Both the position numbers and the translations under genes were made by a program. Below the pieces are notes generated by a model, which saw only the letters and a list, made by a program, of their open reading frames with translations, did no database searches and was not told the DNA's origin. A stretch of DNA of 64,000 bases from Lytechinus pictus. Taxonomy: Eukaryota. Below, piece after piece: positions 61,915 through 64,000 of the stretch (the first letter of the stretch is position 1; every line of letters starts with the position of its first letter). The stretch spans positions 32,552,001-32,616,000 of the forward strand of contig NC_087245.1 in assembly GCF_037042905.1 (NCBI RefSeq). Direction: 5' to 3'.

Positions 61915-62620
61915 CATTATTTATAAATAATGATTATTTGTTTTTCATTATTTATAAATAATGATTATTTGTTTTTCATTATTTATAAATAATGATTATT
62001 TGTTTTTCATTATTTACAAATAATGATTATTTGTTTTTCATTATTTATAAATAATGATTATTTGTTTTTCATTATTTATAAATAATGATTATTTGTTTTT
62101 CATTATTTATAAATAATGATTATTTGTTTTTCATTATTTATAAATAAGTATTATTTGTTTTTCATTATTTATAAATAATGATTATTTGTTTTTCATTATT
62201 TACAAATAATGATTATTAGTTTTTCATTATTTATAAATAATGATTATTTGTTTTTCATTATTTATAAATAATTTGTTGAGTTTTCCATTATTTATAAATA
62301 ATGATTATTTGTTAAATAATGAAAACGTCTACTTCATTATTTATAAATAATTTTTTCTAGTGCACAATTATTCTCATTATTTATAAATAATCATTATTTA
62401 ATGTTCGAGTTTTCCATTATTTATAAATAAAGATTATTTGTTAAATAATGAAATATCTACTTCATTATTTATAAATAATAATTTTGTTTCAATATCCCAT
62501 TATTTATAAATAATCATTATTTATAAACAATTTTTACAGTTTGCCATTATATACAAATAATCATTATTTATATACAAATAACCATTATTTATTAAATAAT
62601 GCCATTATTTATTAAATAAT
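61915..62620. repeat. 31-bp AT-rich minisatellite with an 18-bp palindrome per unit
   Basis: Unit cattatttataaataatgattatttgttttt, about 11-12 regular copies to ~62270, then degenerate copies. Confidence 0.92.
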
Positions 62621-63229
62621 GGAAAACTCGCTATAACATGCAAATGTGGGACCGCCCATGATATGAATATTCATGATGCGATTTCCTTTTTCGTGATTTT
62701 TCTTCACGAATTTTTGTCCATTTCCTCTTCATAATGACATTTCTTGAAGCAATTTTCTAGGGATATGGTCTGATTGTAATATTCTTCATTTTCTATATAA
62801 CTTCGTCTTCGTAGAAATATCAAAAAGTGTAATTTTATACGATTTTTCCTACAGTTCACAATCCCCATAGGCGCGCGTGTACGGTAGGGACAACCGGTGA
62901 ATCGACGGAGTGCTCTTCATCGAAATACTACGTTGGTTGGTCCCCGGAAGTGGCGGGCGGAATTTAGCCCGAATCCTCGATGGAAGTCGATCAAGTGCAT
63001 ATGAGCTGAGAGAGTGAAATATCAGTGTACTTGTACAGGCCCTTCTACTTTTTATAAATATTTCTTGTTGCTTTTTTTGTTAAGTTAATTTTTCCTGGTG
63101 TAGAGATAAGTTTCAGTTCTAATAATGCACTTCAAATACATTTTGGAGTGTCTGTTTGGGGCGATTTCACCCTGGCCCCAAAATGCTCGCAACGACAATA
63201 CGGCCGGGGGCATGATGACCCCTAAATTT

Positions 63230-64000
63230 TTAAAAACTTATTTTTCTATTGAAAATTATCACAAAATTCACCAAAAGTGTGCACGAAAGCCTTCGTATTT
63301 CACTTTTAAAACTCCAAAAAGTGCCCAAATGACAAGCTTGGTCGCTTCGCTGTCGCTTTCAACTTGAGAATTAACGTTTACGCGTCTGCTTTGATATATC
63401 CCCCCCCCCCCCTCCTCCGAAAGAAATTCTGTATACGGCCATGCTCTAAAGAGCCTGGCACATTGATTTATGTATACTTTCATTTTCATTATTTTTTATC
63501 TCATTATCAACATGGCCTTACGCATAATTTTTTCCAGGGGGGGCGGGAGCAGCTAGGACGCGCGTAAACTTTCTCAAAAAAATCTTGAAAGCGAGACAGC
63601 GACGCGACCAAGCTCAAATGACAAGCTTGGTCGCTTCGCTTTTTCAAGATTTTTATGAGAAAGTTTACGCGTGTCCTGCTCCCCCCACCCCCCCCCCCCC
63701 CCCGGAAAAAATTCTGCGTAAGGCCATGATGATAATGAGATAAAAATAATGAAAATGAAGTATACATAAATCAATGTGCCAGGCTCTTTAGAGCATGGCC
63801 GTATACAGAATTTCTTTCGGAGGAGGGGGGGGGGGGGGAAGCAGACGCGTAAACGTTCTCAAGTTGAAAGCGTCGACACAGCGAAGCGACCAAGCTTGTC
63901 ATTTTGGCACTTTTTGGAGTTTTAAAAGTGAAATACGAAGGCTTTCGTGCACACTTTTGGTGAATTTTGTGATAATTTTCAATAGAAAAATAAGTTTTTA
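63230..64000. repeat. Long near-perfect palindrome centred at about 63617, running off the window
   Basis: 63230-63610 is the reverse complement of 63623-64000, with differences mainly in poly-G/C tracts. Confidence 0.9.

Noticed and set aside
61915..62620. CRISPR-like array of palindromic repeats
   Set aside because: The units are head-to-tail with no unique spacers, there are no cas genes, and the context is eukaryotic. It is a minisatellite.

Overview
AT-rich, repeat-dense eukaryotic (animal) genomic DNA. The repeat landscape looks like a marine deuterostome such as a sea urchin; this is an inference, not a database result. The only host gene I can support is a two-exon class A (rhodopsin-like) GPCR on the minus strand (31002-30796 joined to 16743-15979, about 323 aa). 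Almost all of its 14-kb intron is one inverted-repeat-bounded block holding a nested stack: a 5'-truncated Tx1/L1 LINE, an apparently intact 8-kb CR1/L2-group (Crack-like) LINE inside it, and several MITEs. That intact LINE has an unusually long 3-kb spacer between ORF1 and ORF2. The spacer carries a GC-rich 66-bp ungapped RNA duplex (45 Watson-Crick pairs, 19 G-U pairs, 2 mismatches) that pairs well only on the sense strand; this is the most interesting signal in the window. The rest consists of three 3.5-4.7 kb TAG...CTA foldback DNA transposons with 3-bp TSDs (Academ-like), a decayed Tx1 ORF2, LINE fragments, tRNA-derived SINEs, TTAA/TA/TAA/8-bp-TSD MITEs, a degenerate Penelope-type hammerhead motif, microsatellites, a 31-bp palindromic minisatellite and a terminal palindrome. 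There is no prokaryotic system or CRISPR array.
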